Virus record (IMG/VR): IMGVR_UViG_3300014205_000209 | DNA length: 64,000 nucleotides | Direction: 5' to 3' (one strand) | DNA from: a virus | Taxonomy: Duplodnaviria > Heunggongvirae > Uroviricota > Caudoviricetes | In this document: positions 51,374-61,030 of the stretch, in pieces | How the letters are laid out: each line of letters begins with the position of its first letter | How positions within the stretch are numbered: position 1 is the first letter of the stretch | Notes under the pieces: model-generated | Told to the model about the DNA's origin: nothing | Seen by the model: only the letters and a program-made list of their open reading frames with translations | Databases searched by the model: none | Translations under genes and position numbers: made by a program

Positions 51374-52643
51374 TCTTATTTTCCCAAAATAAATCTAATG
51401 CTTTTTCACAACAAATATTCTGAAAACATGCCCCACTAATATCATTTTCTTGATCAATAAGATGTTCCCATAGTTTTTTATCAAACCCTTTAAATATTTT
51501 TTCAGCCATCCATTTACGACCATCTAAATTCAAACCTTTAAATTCTACTTTTCTATCAATTCTACCAGGTCTCAATAAAGCTTCATCAAGTTTAGATATA
51601 TTATTTGTAGTTATTATTAGAAATGTTCCATTACTTGTTTCTACTCCATCTATTTCATTAAGCAAACAATCAAAAGTTAATCCAGGTGAATTTTGTGTTG
51701 CTGTTAAATTTTTTCTACCATCAAATATAGTATCAATATCTTCTAATAATACAATTCTTCCATTAGAATTAGATTGCATTCTATAATGTTTAGTAAAATC
51801 GTGGTTATTCATTGATGCTAAATCAAATATGTATAATGGTAAACATAAATTTTGAGATATAGCAGCTGCTACTTTCGTTTTTCCTGTACCAGGTTGACCA
51901 TAAAATAAAAATCCGCGTTTCCATGGAATATTTCTATCAAGATACCATTGTTTTTTCTTTAACCAAGTTTCTGATTCATTTACTATATGTTTAATAGATT
52001 CATCTAACCACAAATTTTTTATTAATCTAGTTGATGGTTCTAATTCCAAATCTGATATATTTACTCCAATAGGCAATGCTGTTCTTACATTTTCTATTAT
52101 ATAAGCTGGAAAAGATGATTGATTATCATTTTTTATATTTCTTGATGATTCATTAACATTACCTGGCTGATTTGAATATTGTTTTTCACGATTTCCTTCT
52201 AATAAGATTATTACTGGATATTGTTTTGCGTTTAAATGTGCATCTATCGTTTGCAAATTAGCTAGTTTTAAAATATCATATAAATTTACAAATTTTGGTG
52301 CAATTATAGAAAATTTTTGAGGTGTAATACTAATAAAAGCAATTTTTTTTCTTAATATAGTTTTTTCTGAAAAAGATAAATATGATTCCCAAAAAACAAC
52401 TATACTTTCTTTATAACTTTTAGAATATTTCCACTCACAAAAAATATGTTTAAAATTGTTACTTACTGGTTTCCAATTATTTTTTTGTAAATATCTCATT
52501 AAATGAACAAATGAGGCTTCATCAAAAGAAAATCTATGAAAAAATAAACCTGAAAATTTAAACAAATATTCTTTTATAGTATTCCAACCGGCAACTATTG
52601 TTGCACCTATAGCACCTAATCCAATAGCACTTGTAGTAATCAT
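51363..52643 (-). CDS. BCS1-like AAA+ ATPase
   Basis: WKRGFLFYGQPGTGKTK (Walker A), IVLLEDIDTIF (Walker B), and LRPGRIDRKVEF (second region of homology with arginine finger), which is BCS1/ATAD-like. Confidence 0.65.
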   Translation of the reverse strand: MITTSAIGLGAIGATIVAGWNTIKEYLFKFSGLFFHRFSFDEASFVHLMRYLQKNNWKPVSNNFKHIFCEWKYSKSYKESIVVFWESYLSFSEKTILRKKIAFISITPQKFSIIAPKFVNLYDILKLANLQTIDAHLNAKQYPVIILLEGNREKQYSNQPGNVNESSRNIKNDNQSSFPAYIIENVRTALPIGVNISDLELEPSTRLIKNLWLDESIKHIVNESETWLKKKQWYLDRNIPWKRGFLFYGQPGTGKTKVAAAISQNLCLPLYIFDLASMNNHDFTKHYRMQSNSNGRIVLLEDIDTIFDGRKNLTATQNSPGLTFDCLLNEIDGVETSNGTFLIITTNNISKLDEALLRPGRIDRKVEFKGLNLDGRKWMAEKIFKGFDKKLWEHLIDQENDISGACFQNICCEKALDLFWENKNDN

Positions 52644-53161
52644 TTATTCTCTACTATTTCAAATGTATTAGTAGCTTTATCAAATTTACTAACTTTAACC
52701 TGCATACCAGTAGTAAAAATAATATTAGATTTATTTAGAGCATTAACATGCATTTTTTTTCCAGATATCATTACTATTATTTCACCAATAATATTCGGAG
52801 CAATAGAATAATATACTTCTGCTGTTTTACCAACAACTTCATCATAATTAAGTTTTGCTGCAATAGCTTGTTTATACATCATCCATAAAAACCATGCTAC
52901 TGAAAACATAACAAATAAGCCTAGTAAACTAGAAAATATCATTGAAAAAATTAAACTATGTCCATCTTTCAAAAATGCTAAAGATGACCAACCAAATATA
53001 GTCAAAAATGTAAATATATTTCTTATAGACAAAAGTTTGAAATCATGAGATGAATCATGATGATCAACATCAATATCATGCAAACCAACAAATGTTAAAA
53101 TAAAGAAAATTAAAAATACAATTGTTGAAAAAATAGACAAATACATTAAAACTTCTAACAT
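52640..53161 (-). CDS. NfeD-like membrane protein (YuaF-type partner of flotillin)
   Basis: Multiple N-terminal transmembrane helices and a C-terminal short beta-barrel (IGEIIVMISGKKMHVNA...MQVKVSKFD). Confidence 0.55.
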   Translation of the reverse strand: MLEVLMYLSIFSTIVFLIFFILTFVGLHDIDVDHHDSSHDFKLLSIRNIFTFLTIFGWSSLAFLKDGHSLIFSMIFSSLLGLFVMFSVAWFLWMMYKQAIAAKLNYDEVVGKTAEVYYSIAPNIIGEIIVMISGKKMHVNALNKSNIIFTTGMQVKVSKFDKATNTFEIVENK

Positions 53162-53928
53162 AAAAATCTCCTTTAAGCAAAATCTAATTTCATTTCAGTT
53201 GTTACATTATAACCACCATCTAATTTCTTCCATTCAACTTCAAAAAAACCATTAGCAATATATGCTAATTTTGAATTTTTCACAATTCTCTGAAAAGTTT
53301 TATTTTTAGTCATAATAAATTCAAATGATTGATTCGCAGATTTTTCAAATCCTTCTATATATTTTAAATCATCTTCAGATAATTGTGACATTATTTAAGG
53401 TCTTTTAAAAAAAGAACGTCCTAACATACTTGCTTTTTGACCTTCATTCCATTTATCCCAACCAGAACCATTTCTGATTTCTTCACTTTCAATAAAATCT
53501 TTTGAAGCCACAAAATCAGCTAATGCATTTCTATATTCAATTTCTGTTTCTTTTTTTAGTACATCTCTAAATTTGTGCACTTTTGCTGCAGACTTGAGAC
53601 TTTCTAAATCAGGAAAATCCATTGGCATTTTTTTACTCCTCTCTATGAAATTTATAATAATATCTAAATTCACAAACTAAAAAATTCATTATAACAATTT
53701 GTATTTCAAATCTTGGACTATGATCTGATTCATACAAATCTAAATTAATTGTTGGACTTAAAATTGTAATTCCGTCTTTAAAATTTCTAACAAAATAAAA
53801 TCCGGCAATTTCTATTGCATAATTTTTACTAACACTAAATCCAATACAAGAAATTGGAAAAGTTCTATTTTCATTTAGCCATGAAATAAAAAACATTATT
53901 GAAATTGCAATGCCAAAAATTATTTCCA

Positions 53929-55053
53929 TCATAATTCATTTCTTTCACGTAAATAATCTTTAATAATTTCAATCAACTTTTCACTTACTAATTCATGATT
54001 AGGAACATGTCTTAAAGAACTAGTTTTATATAAGCTTGTCATTTTGGAATCCATATCATGAGCATACTGTTCTACTTTATCAAAACTCCATCCACCATTT
54101 CTAATATTTTTTAATTCATCTGCATCAATTCCTGTTCTATCAACATTAACAATTCCTGTTTCTAAAATTTCTGTTCCCATCCGCATTAAACGTGTAAGGT
54201 GCATTGCATGTTTTGTATCATAACCATATTTTTCTTCTGTTTCTGCACGTTTTTTGTTTCTTCCAGCTTTCCATGCTAAATATCTTTTCCATCCTTTCAA
54301 TGCCGCTGCATAACTCAATTCATTAATTGCCATTTCTTTATATTCTGGTTTAATGTATTCATTTCCAATAGATTTAATTGCATACAATTGTGAATCCAAT
54401 CCTTTTCTAAATAAATCCAATGCAATTTCTCTGTATTCTTCTTTCAAATTTTTCTTAATCAAAATTAAAACTTGATCACTATAAATAGCTTTCAAATCTT
54501 CAATCATATCTTGTTTTGTTAATGGATCAAAAAAATCATCAGCTAAATGAACAATTCCATCAAGTTGCGTTACTGGAAAAATTGGTGTTTCTGGAAGATT
54601 ATAATCTTTTCTATCAGGTTCTTTTTTTGGTGGATTCAACAAAAATGCTCTATGTAATTTGATTCGTTCCAATTGTGCAAATCCATATCCAGAAAAAGTA
54701 AATCTGGCTTTTTTAGAAACAAATTCACTTTTAAGTTCACGAATTCTTTCCCAATATGGTGTGATGTACTTAATACATCTATCAGCAGTAAAAAGAATAT
54801 CCATACAATTTGGATTATTATCTAAAATCAATCCTACAATTTTCCTTAAATCATAAATTGTTCTATCGTCTTGAACACCAGGAATTGCTTTGTAAACAAC
54901 TTGTTCGAATTTTCTATATCCTAAAAAATATTCAATAGTAGGCAAGCAAACTGCTACAGTATCCTCATCAGAATCAGGATTATTAGTACCATATGCTCTA
55001 GATCCTACAATTACATCAACAATTTTTCTCTGTTCAGCAACATTTGCATGCAT
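53929..55053 (-). CDS. Pol-beta superfamily nucleotidyltransferase
   Basis: IVGSRAYGTNNPDSDEDTVAV matches the hG[GS]x(9-13)Dx[DE] nucleotidyltransferase motif. 374 aa with a helical C-terminal domain. Confidence 0.5.
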   Translation of the reverse strand: MHANVAEQRKIVDVIVGSRAYGTNNPDSDEDTVAVCLPTIEYFLGYRKFEQVVYKAIPGVQDDRTIYDLRKIVGLILDNNPNCMDILFTADRCIKYITPYWERIRELKSEFVSKKARFTFSGYGFAQLERIKLHRAFLLNPPKKEPDRKDYNLPETPIFPVTQLDGIVHLADDFFDPLTKQDMIEDLKAIYSDQVLILIKKNLKEEYREIALDLFRKGLDSQLYAIKSIGNEYIKPEYKEMAINELSYAAALKGWKRYLAWKAGRNKKRAETEEKYGYDTKHAMHLTRLMRMGTEILETGIVNVDRTGIDADELKNIRNGGWSFDKVEQYAHDMDSKMTSLYKTSSLRHVPNHELVSEKLIEIIKDYLRERNEL

Positions 55054-55355
55054 ATGTACCCTTTCAGTTCATTTATAATTAAATATCAATATGTTTTTGA
55101 AAAAAAGATAATTTTTATTTTTCTGCAATGCAATCATGATCGGTATTATAAGCATCACCAACCCATTTACACGGTTCTAAAAGCTTTTGTTCTATTAGTG
55201 AATAATCCCAAATACAATTTCTACATGTACATTTAAACATTTCTCTAATTTCAATATTATCTTTTTGCTCATATGATTTTTGAACTTTACAAAAACCTTT
55301 AATAAATTTTTCACATTCTTTATCAGAACAAACAGTTACTGTTAACATATCACTA

Positions 55356-55787
55356 TCATATGATTTTTCCATTATAATCTTCTCCTTCACATTTATTACC
55401 TTTTTCATTATTACATAACCAACACATAGGTTGTAAATTTTTAAGTGAACGAGCACCACCTTTAGATGCTGGAACTATATGATCAACAGTCATCATTATT
55501 TCTTGATCATTTTTCATAGTATATAAATTGAAATGATATTTGTCTGATTGAATATTTTTATCTTTTTCTAACGCAAAATATTGACCAACTAATCCGCATT
55601 TAACACAAATAATTCCTTTTTGTGAAAACACATGGTATCTAACTGAGTCTTTAACTTTTTTATCTTCAAATATTTTAAATTTTTTATTTTGTTTCCAATT
55701 TCTGAAGGTTGAATCGAAATACTCTTCATTAAATAAATCAAAAACAACACTTATTTGATAAGTACCTATTCTTTCATATTTACACAT
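55356..55787 (-). CDS. HNH endonuclease
   Basis: CVKCG...H...VDHIVPASKGGARSLKNLQPMCWLCNNEKGNK. Confidence 0.65.
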   Translation of the reverse strand: MCKYERIGTYQISVVFDLFNEEYFDSTFRNWKQNKKFKIFEDKKVKDSVRYHVFSQKGIICVKCGLVGQYFALEKDKNIQSDKYHFNLYTMKNDQEIMMTVDHIVPASKGGARSLKNLQPMCWLCNNEKGNKCEGEDYNGKII

Positions 55788-55789
55788 AA

Positions 55790-56836
55790 TTAAAAAGTAT
55801 TAAGTTGTTCAGATAAATATTGACGACATTTAGCTGCAACTGAACTTGTAATATCTTTTGATGTAAATCCACTTGCTGCTAAAGTATCTATTTCTTCTTT
55901 TAAAATATCAGCCATTGTATTCTTAATAAATTCTCCCATTCCTTTCATTTCAATTCTTCCGCCATTTAATAGATCAAATGTTTTTGAACACATTTGTTCT
56001 AATCTCCACATGGGTGTAATCTTTTCTACTAACTCTTTTATATTGTTAATTCTTTCAACATCTACTGGTACTAAAGTTTTTACTTTTGTTGCGCTATGTT
56101 TATCGCCTTTAACTTTAAACCAAAAACCACTATTTTCATATCCTTTAGAAATACACTTCCAAACTATTCCTTCGCCGATTCCAATAACACCAAGTTGTTT
56201 TCCGACAGGACATTCTGCTTCTACAGCTAACATCATTTCTGCCAATTTGATTTGATATTCATGTGGCTTATTAAAATCTATGTCTAAATACCAATGTGGA
56301 AAATCAAAAATACATTTAATTTCAGGTTCATTAATGGTAGACATTATTTTGATGATTTTTTCTTTAGAAAGCCATGTTTTTTCGATCATTTCTTGATCAT
56401 TAATATTTGCATAAGCAATATTAAAAACAACAAACATTTTAGGCAACTCACTAATTGCCATACCTTTTTGAATACCTTTACCACACCATTCACCAAAAAT
56501 AACTACAGGATTATCTGGTAAATTAATAACATCAAAAAGTTTTTCAAAAACATTTTTTTTAGAATGTACAAACATAGCAAATCCAGCATTATCTTTAGCA
56601 GGATCAATAATATTTTCCCTACTTTGTACCCACATTTCATCATCTTCCATAACAACTGCAGAATTTGTTCCATGCAATTTTACAGTTCCTTCAAATGTCA
56701 AAACCGGACAATGTTTTGTATAATCATGAATAACATTATCATTTTCATCTTTTCCTTGATAACTTGTTTTATGTTTAACATTATGAACAACGCTTCTAAA
56801 TTGTTCAATATCAGGAAATGTTATTAATCTTTTCAT
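55790..56836 (-). CDS. ATP-dependent RNA ligase, Rnl2-like family
   Basis: Adenylation motif I EGTVKLHGTNSAV (KxHGTN as in T4 Rnl2) in a nucleotidyltransferase-domain protein of 348 aa. Confidence 0.55.
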   Translation of the reverse strand: MKRLITFPDIEQFRSVVHNVKHKTSYQGKDENDNVIHDYTKHCPVLTFEGTVKLHGTNSAVVMEDDEMWVQSRENIIDPAKDNAGFAMFVHSKKNVFEKLFDVINLPDNPVVIFGEWCGKGIQKGMAISELPKMFVVFNIAYANINDQEMIEKTWLSKEKIIKIMSTINEPEIKCIFDFPHWYLDIDFNKPHEYQIKLAEMMLAVEAECPVGKQLGVIGIGEGIVWKCISKGYENSGFWFKVKGDKHSATKVKTLVPVDVERINNIKELVEKITPMWRLEQMCSKTFDLLNGGRIEMKGMGEFIKNTMADILKEEIDTLAASGFTSKDITSSVAAKCRQYLSEQLNTF

Positions 56837-58116
56837 CTATAATTCCTAAAATAAAGTTTTAGTAAAAAATCTGTATATTAATGTTACAATAGCAATTAAA
56901 ATTAAACTACCAAATATTATATACAAAATAATATCTACTATTTTTCCAACATTTGGAGGCAATTGCATATTTATCTTCCTTCCTCAATAACTTCTACCAT
57001 ACACCCACCATCGCTACACATTGCACAATATGTAAAAAATTTTCCAGTTCCAACTTCCTCGTATATCCTTTGATTCTTTGTAAATTCAAATTCTTCATCA
57101 CTACTTTCACATTTTTCTTTCAATTTGAAATTTTTTAAATGTTTAACAGATTCTGCCAACCATTTTCTATTAAACAGATCATCATTTTCTAACAAACGAC
57201 AAATTTTACTCATCAAATAATCATCTTCAGTTTCAATAGTTGCAACTTTCATTTCAGGCTTTTTATCAGGCTCATTTTTACTTGAACAAAATAATTCATA
57301 TTTCATATTTTACCTTTTAATAACAAACAATTAGATTTTGGATCATTACACAAATAATTAGAACAATTATTAGGAATTCTTCTTTGATCACACGTTTCTT
57401 TTGTTTCATTATCACAATCCCAATAAAGATCAAACAAATTACAAGATTTACATTTTATCCAATTTTCTAAATCATCATATATAAATTGTTGACCACATAA
57501 AAGACAAACATCAAATGCTAACAAATGACATGACATATCACGTTTCATTGCCAATATACCATCATCACAAATTGGACATTTAGATTTATGATCACTAATT
57601 TCAACCAAATCAAATTTATTAATATGCTTAACAGGATTATGAATATTTAATGGTATTGTTGGTTTCATATTCTTTTAACTTTTAAATAATATTCAGGATA
57701 ATTTTCTTTTAACAACATTTTAGCTTCTTTAAAACCAGTCGCTACAATAGAAATTTTATGTTTAACCTTTCCTTTTACTATTTCTGCAAATTTAAATTGA
57801 TGTAATTCTTTTTGAATTTTTCTCTGATGTGGAAAATTTTTCATAATCATATTTCAGATTATATATTAAATTTTCAAATTATTTCATTACCTTTATCATC
57901 ACATTTATAAAACCAACTCTCAAAACTGGTTGCACGTATTGCAAAGTCTCTTAAACTTTCTTCTAATTCTTTTTCTGTTACATCATCATCAAACTCAAAT
58001 ATTTCTTCATCAGCATCATTCATTCCTAAACATCTTGCACCAAATTTAACTTTCATTTTTTCTTCTTTGGATTATTAAACACAAATTTCTTCTTTTTCTT
58101 TTTAAATAAAATAAGC

Positions 58117-58665
58117 TTAAGAATTTTTAAGATACTCATCTGATTTAATCCATTTTTTATTATCCATTGAAAACACTTGTTTAGCATTTTCAATTATAAC
58201 ATATGAATGTGTTGTTAAAATAATCTGACAATTATTTTTCGTTATTGATTCTTTAAATACTTTCAATATTTTACGCTGATTAAAAATTGATAATCCAGCT
58301 TCAGGTTCATCAATAATTATCAAACAATCATTAAAATCTTTAATAGCTTTTATCAAAGGTAACATTGCTTCACCATGACTTACAAATCTAGCATTCAAAG
58401 AAAATGCCGGATTTTTCATTGTATTCATATCAGTTTTTATTCTTGGATTATCCTTTTCTGTATCAAATGCTCTAAATGTAGTATTCGGCTCAACATCAAA
58501 TTTTACATATTTTTTATATGTTTCATTAGAAATCAATGACAATAATGACGATTTTCCTATTCCATTCTCACCCACAATTATATTAATACCATCTTTCAAT
58601 TCTAATGTAAATGGCTGAATACCTCTGAATTCTTTAGTAACTATTAATTTTTTCAAATATCTCAT
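58117..58665 (-). CDS. small ABC-type/AAA_15-like ATPase
   Basis: Walker A GENGIGKSSLLSL, signature-like LSLNARFVSHGEAM, Walker B IIIDEPEAGLS, and H-loop THSYVI. Only 182 aa. Confidence 0.5.
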   Translation of the reverse strand: MRYLKKLIVTKEFRGIQPFTLELKDGINIIVGENGIGKSSLLSLISNETYKKYVKFDVEPNTTFRAFDTEKDNPRIKTDMNTMKNPAFSLNARFVSHGEAMLPLIKAIKDFNDCLIIIDEPEAGLSIFNQRKILKVFKESITKNNCQIILTTHSYVIIENAKQVFSMDNKKWIKSDEYLKNS

Positions 58666-59178
58666 TTATTTTTGATCAACTATCTTGCCAAATATTTCAG
58701 CAATTGATTTAAACCGATCATCTTTTTTAATATCTTCAGCTGACATAACATTTAATTCTGACATGGTTTTTTCAAATTTTTCAGCTATTGTAACTGGTTC
58801 TTCTCCAGTCATAAACTCTTTAACAAATTCTTTATACTTTTCTGGAACAGAAAATTCAATATAAGCATATGTACTATCAAAATCATCATCTTTATCTCTC
58901 AAATAATTTGGATGTTTAGGCAAATGATATTGAATAGTACAACCAGTACAAGTACAATTTTCTCCCTCTTCATTTTCATCATAATGTTCTCTGTTACCTC
59001 CACCATTTCTAGTATATAAAATAATTTCGGTAGCATCTTTGTTCAAATATATATCTCTAAATCTACCACTTCGCCATTTACCATTATTTTGATCAATATC
59101 TAATACTTTAAGTAAAATAGCAGAAAATGGATTTTTTCCATGCAACATATTATATAAACTCATTTTCCATCCTTTCAA
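58666..59178 (-). CDS. hypothetical protein, operon partner of the ATPase
   Basis: Its stop abuts the ATPase start. Confidence 0.3.
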   Translation of the reverse strand: MKGWKMSLYNMLHGKNPFSAILLKVLDIDQNNGKWRSGRFRDIYLNKDATEIILYTRNGGGNREHYDENEEGENCTCTGCTIQYHLPKHPNYLRDKDDDFDSTYAYIEFSVPEKYKEFVKEFMTGEEPVTIAEKFEKTMSELNVMSAEDIKKDDRFKSIAEIFGKIVDQK

Positions 59179-59251
59179 TTAAAATATCAATACATTTCAA
59201 TTTTAAAGCTAAAACTAAAATAGGATTAACTTAATAATCCTATTTAGAATA

Positions 59252-59415
59252 ACTCCCTAATGGGAATTGAACCCATAAAAATGTTTGTTCCTTCCGATTT
59301 AGTCAAACAACGCCGATTTATGCTTGGTATTTGTGATTGGCCGTGTCACAATCCTTTGGACTCAAATACCGGTCGTGTAGCTACCACCAGCCCCTTTGCC
59401 ATTTGGTATAGGGAG
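59252..59415 (-). ncRNA. long (about 165 nt) tRNA-like element: canonical acceptor and T-arm bracket a roughly 90-nt insertion
   Basis: 5' CTCCCTA pairs with 3' TAGGGAG. T-arm ATGGG-TTCAATT-CCCAT sits immediately before the 3' acceptor strand. The internal region has GGCT-GGTGGT-AGCT, which is D-arm-like. A second orphan T-arm-like sequence (GTAGG-TTCGACT-CCTAT) lies at about 59505–59535. Confidence 0.3.
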
Positions 59416-59628
59416 AAATTTATAAAGAAAGAGCGAATTTCAATAAAGTTTGATTTTTTGATTGTTCTTAAGACAATTGCCTAACCGTTTGGCTTCTTTC
59501 CTCGAAAGGAAACATAGGAGTCGAACCTACTATTATTCTGTAACTTTATTTGAGCGCCACTTTCTAATTTTTCAAAGAACAATATCTTAACTTTTGTTAC
59601 GTTTTATAACTTTCTTCTAACTTCTATC

Positions 59629-59660
59629 AATATTATATATTAGATCATTTTTAAAATGAA
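59629..59660. repeat. 32-bp perfect direct repeat, copy 1 (copy 2 is at 60319..60350)
   Basis: aatattatatattagatcatttttaaaatgaat appears twice, about 690 bp apart. The minus-strand reading contains TATATAATATT, which is -10-like. Confidence 0.6.
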
Positions 59661-60293
59661 TTTAGTACATGATGATGGTTCATCTAAACAATCGTCATGA
59701 TTTTTGCAATTGACACATTTAGGAGATAATAAAAGTCTAAATTCTTGATCTATTTTAATTTTTTTATAATTCATTTTCAAAATATTAATTAATGCATCTG
59801 CATCACCATGTACATATACCCCATAATCGAATGATGTATGAATAATTCCAAATTGTTTTTGTATATCATTAAACAATTCATTTGTCGATTTTATTAAAAC
59901 TTCTATATCATCGCGAATTAAAGGAGTATTATTGGGGCCTTTAGAAAAAATTTGTAAATTTTTATGTGCAATATATTCATGACGAAAACCTTTATATCTT
60001 TTAAATAATTTTAGTAAAGTATCAAAAGAATCTTTGAGTTTTTGTTTAGATTCTTGGTTTTGTATTTTATTTATTATTGTAGTAAAATTAAAATACTTTT
60101 TATCAATTAAACATGATAATTCTAAAATTATTTTTTCTGATAATGATTCTTGAATTATTGAAAAAGCACTTGGTGCAACCATATTTAGTAAATTAACAGT
60201 TTCTTCGTTAGAAAATAATTTTTTATATGTTTGTAAATGCAAGTTTATTTTAATGACTTCATGTGTTAATGATTCAAGTTCATTATTATTCAA
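59640..60293 (-). CDS. hypothetical protein (TTG start)
   Basis: 217-aa ORF flanked by a 32-bp direct repeat. Confidence 0.35.
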   Translation of the reverse strand: MNNNELESLTHEVIKINLHLQTYKKLFSNEETVNLLNMVAPSAFSIIQESLSEKIILELSCLIDKKYFNFTTIINKIQNQESKQKLKDSFDTLLKLFKRYKGFRHEYIAHKNLQIFSKGPNNTPLIRDDIEVLIKSTNELFNDIQKQFGIIHTSFDYGVYVHGDADALINILKMNYKKIKIDQEFRLLLSPKCVNCKNHDDCLDEPSSCTKFILKMI

Positions 60294-60318
60294 TGTAAAC
60301 CTCCTTTATTTATTGTAA

Positions 60319-60350
60319 TATTATATATTAGATCATTTTTAAAATGAATC
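60319..60350. repeat. 32-bp perfect direct repeat, copy 2
   Basis: Identical to 59629..59660. Lies upstream of the ORF 59640..60293 on the minus strand. Confidence 0.6.
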
Positions 60351-60450
60351 TAAGATATTATATGGGTGAATGATGGTATTCGAATCAATAACAATCTGAA
60401 TCACAATCAGGAATTCTAACAAATTGAACTACATTCACCATGTTTTTAAA

Positions 60451-60530
60451 TGCTCAGGGAGAGACTCGAACTCTCAAGATTTCTCATCCGGGTTTGAGCC
60501 GGACCTGGTTGCCAATTTCAGCACCTGAGC
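60451..60530 (-). tRNA. tRNA-Leu (anticodon CAA), class II
   Basis: Acceptor GCTCAGG/CCTGAGC, anticodon stem TCCGG/CCGGA with loop CTCAAAC, 11-nt variable arm, T-arm GAGAG-TTCGAGT-CTCTC. Confidence 0.6.
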
Positions 60531-60535
60531 TAGTA

Positions 60536-60820
60536 TTATTTTTTCTGTACTTTTTCAAACCCACCTAATGCAACTATCATTTTTCCATGAGATAAAGAAT
60601 TAACTATTCCTTGTGATACCAAAAATTTAGCTTGTTCAAATTGAACATCAACATCAGAAGAATCACTTAATCTATTTTTTGTTCGCCTTCCTTGTGGTAT
60701 AAGATCTACAAATTTTGCTACTTCTGGTGAAAGAGTGTACCTTTTAATATATTCTTCATCAGTCAATTGAGGACTAACTAATCTTCCATCATCTGTTTTC
60801 AACAATGTTTTCATAACCAC
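60536..60820 (-). CDS. hypothetical protein
   Basis: 94-aa ORF. Confidence 0.3.
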   Translation of the reverse strand: MVMKTLLKTDDGRLVSPQLTDEEYIKRYTLSPEVAKFVDLIPQGRRTKNRLSDSSDVDVQFEQAKFLVSQGIVNSLSHGKMIVALGGFEKVQKK

Positions 60821-61005
60821 AACCTTTCACTTCTTTTCAATCTTTTACCTTCATTCCAAGCTATTACAGCTTCATGTTCTGAATCTTCAATAGTACTACA
60901 ATCTCCACATGTTCCACATACAACATAATAATATGGAGTTAAAAATTCTTTTTCTCTTATTGACAAAAGAATACTTCTACAATGTTCACAAAATTTTAAT
61001 TCCAT
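60811..61005 (-). CDS. small zinc-ribbon protein. The track ORF 60811..61167 is trimmed here to the internal Met at 61005.
   Basis: MELKFCEHC...CGTCGDC. The upstream part of the track ORF is a translation of tRNA-Ser (PGFDSRQP). Confidence 0.35.
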   Translation of the reverse strand: MELKFCEHCRSILLSIREKEFLTPYYYVVCGTCGDCSTIEDSEHEAVIAWNEGKRLKRSERLWL

Positions 61006-61030
61006 ATTAGTAGTATTATAAATTAAAAAA

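Noticed and set aside
59260-59484. Plus-strand ORF 59260..59484 over the long tRNA-like element, plus the N-terminal parts of ORFs 24550..25005 and 60811..61167 and the C-terminal part of 62232..62438.
   Set aside because: Their peptides are read-throughs of tRNA genes (GFD(P/S)R-type peptides from T-arms). The protein-coding portions, if any, start at internal Met codons or end before the tRNA.
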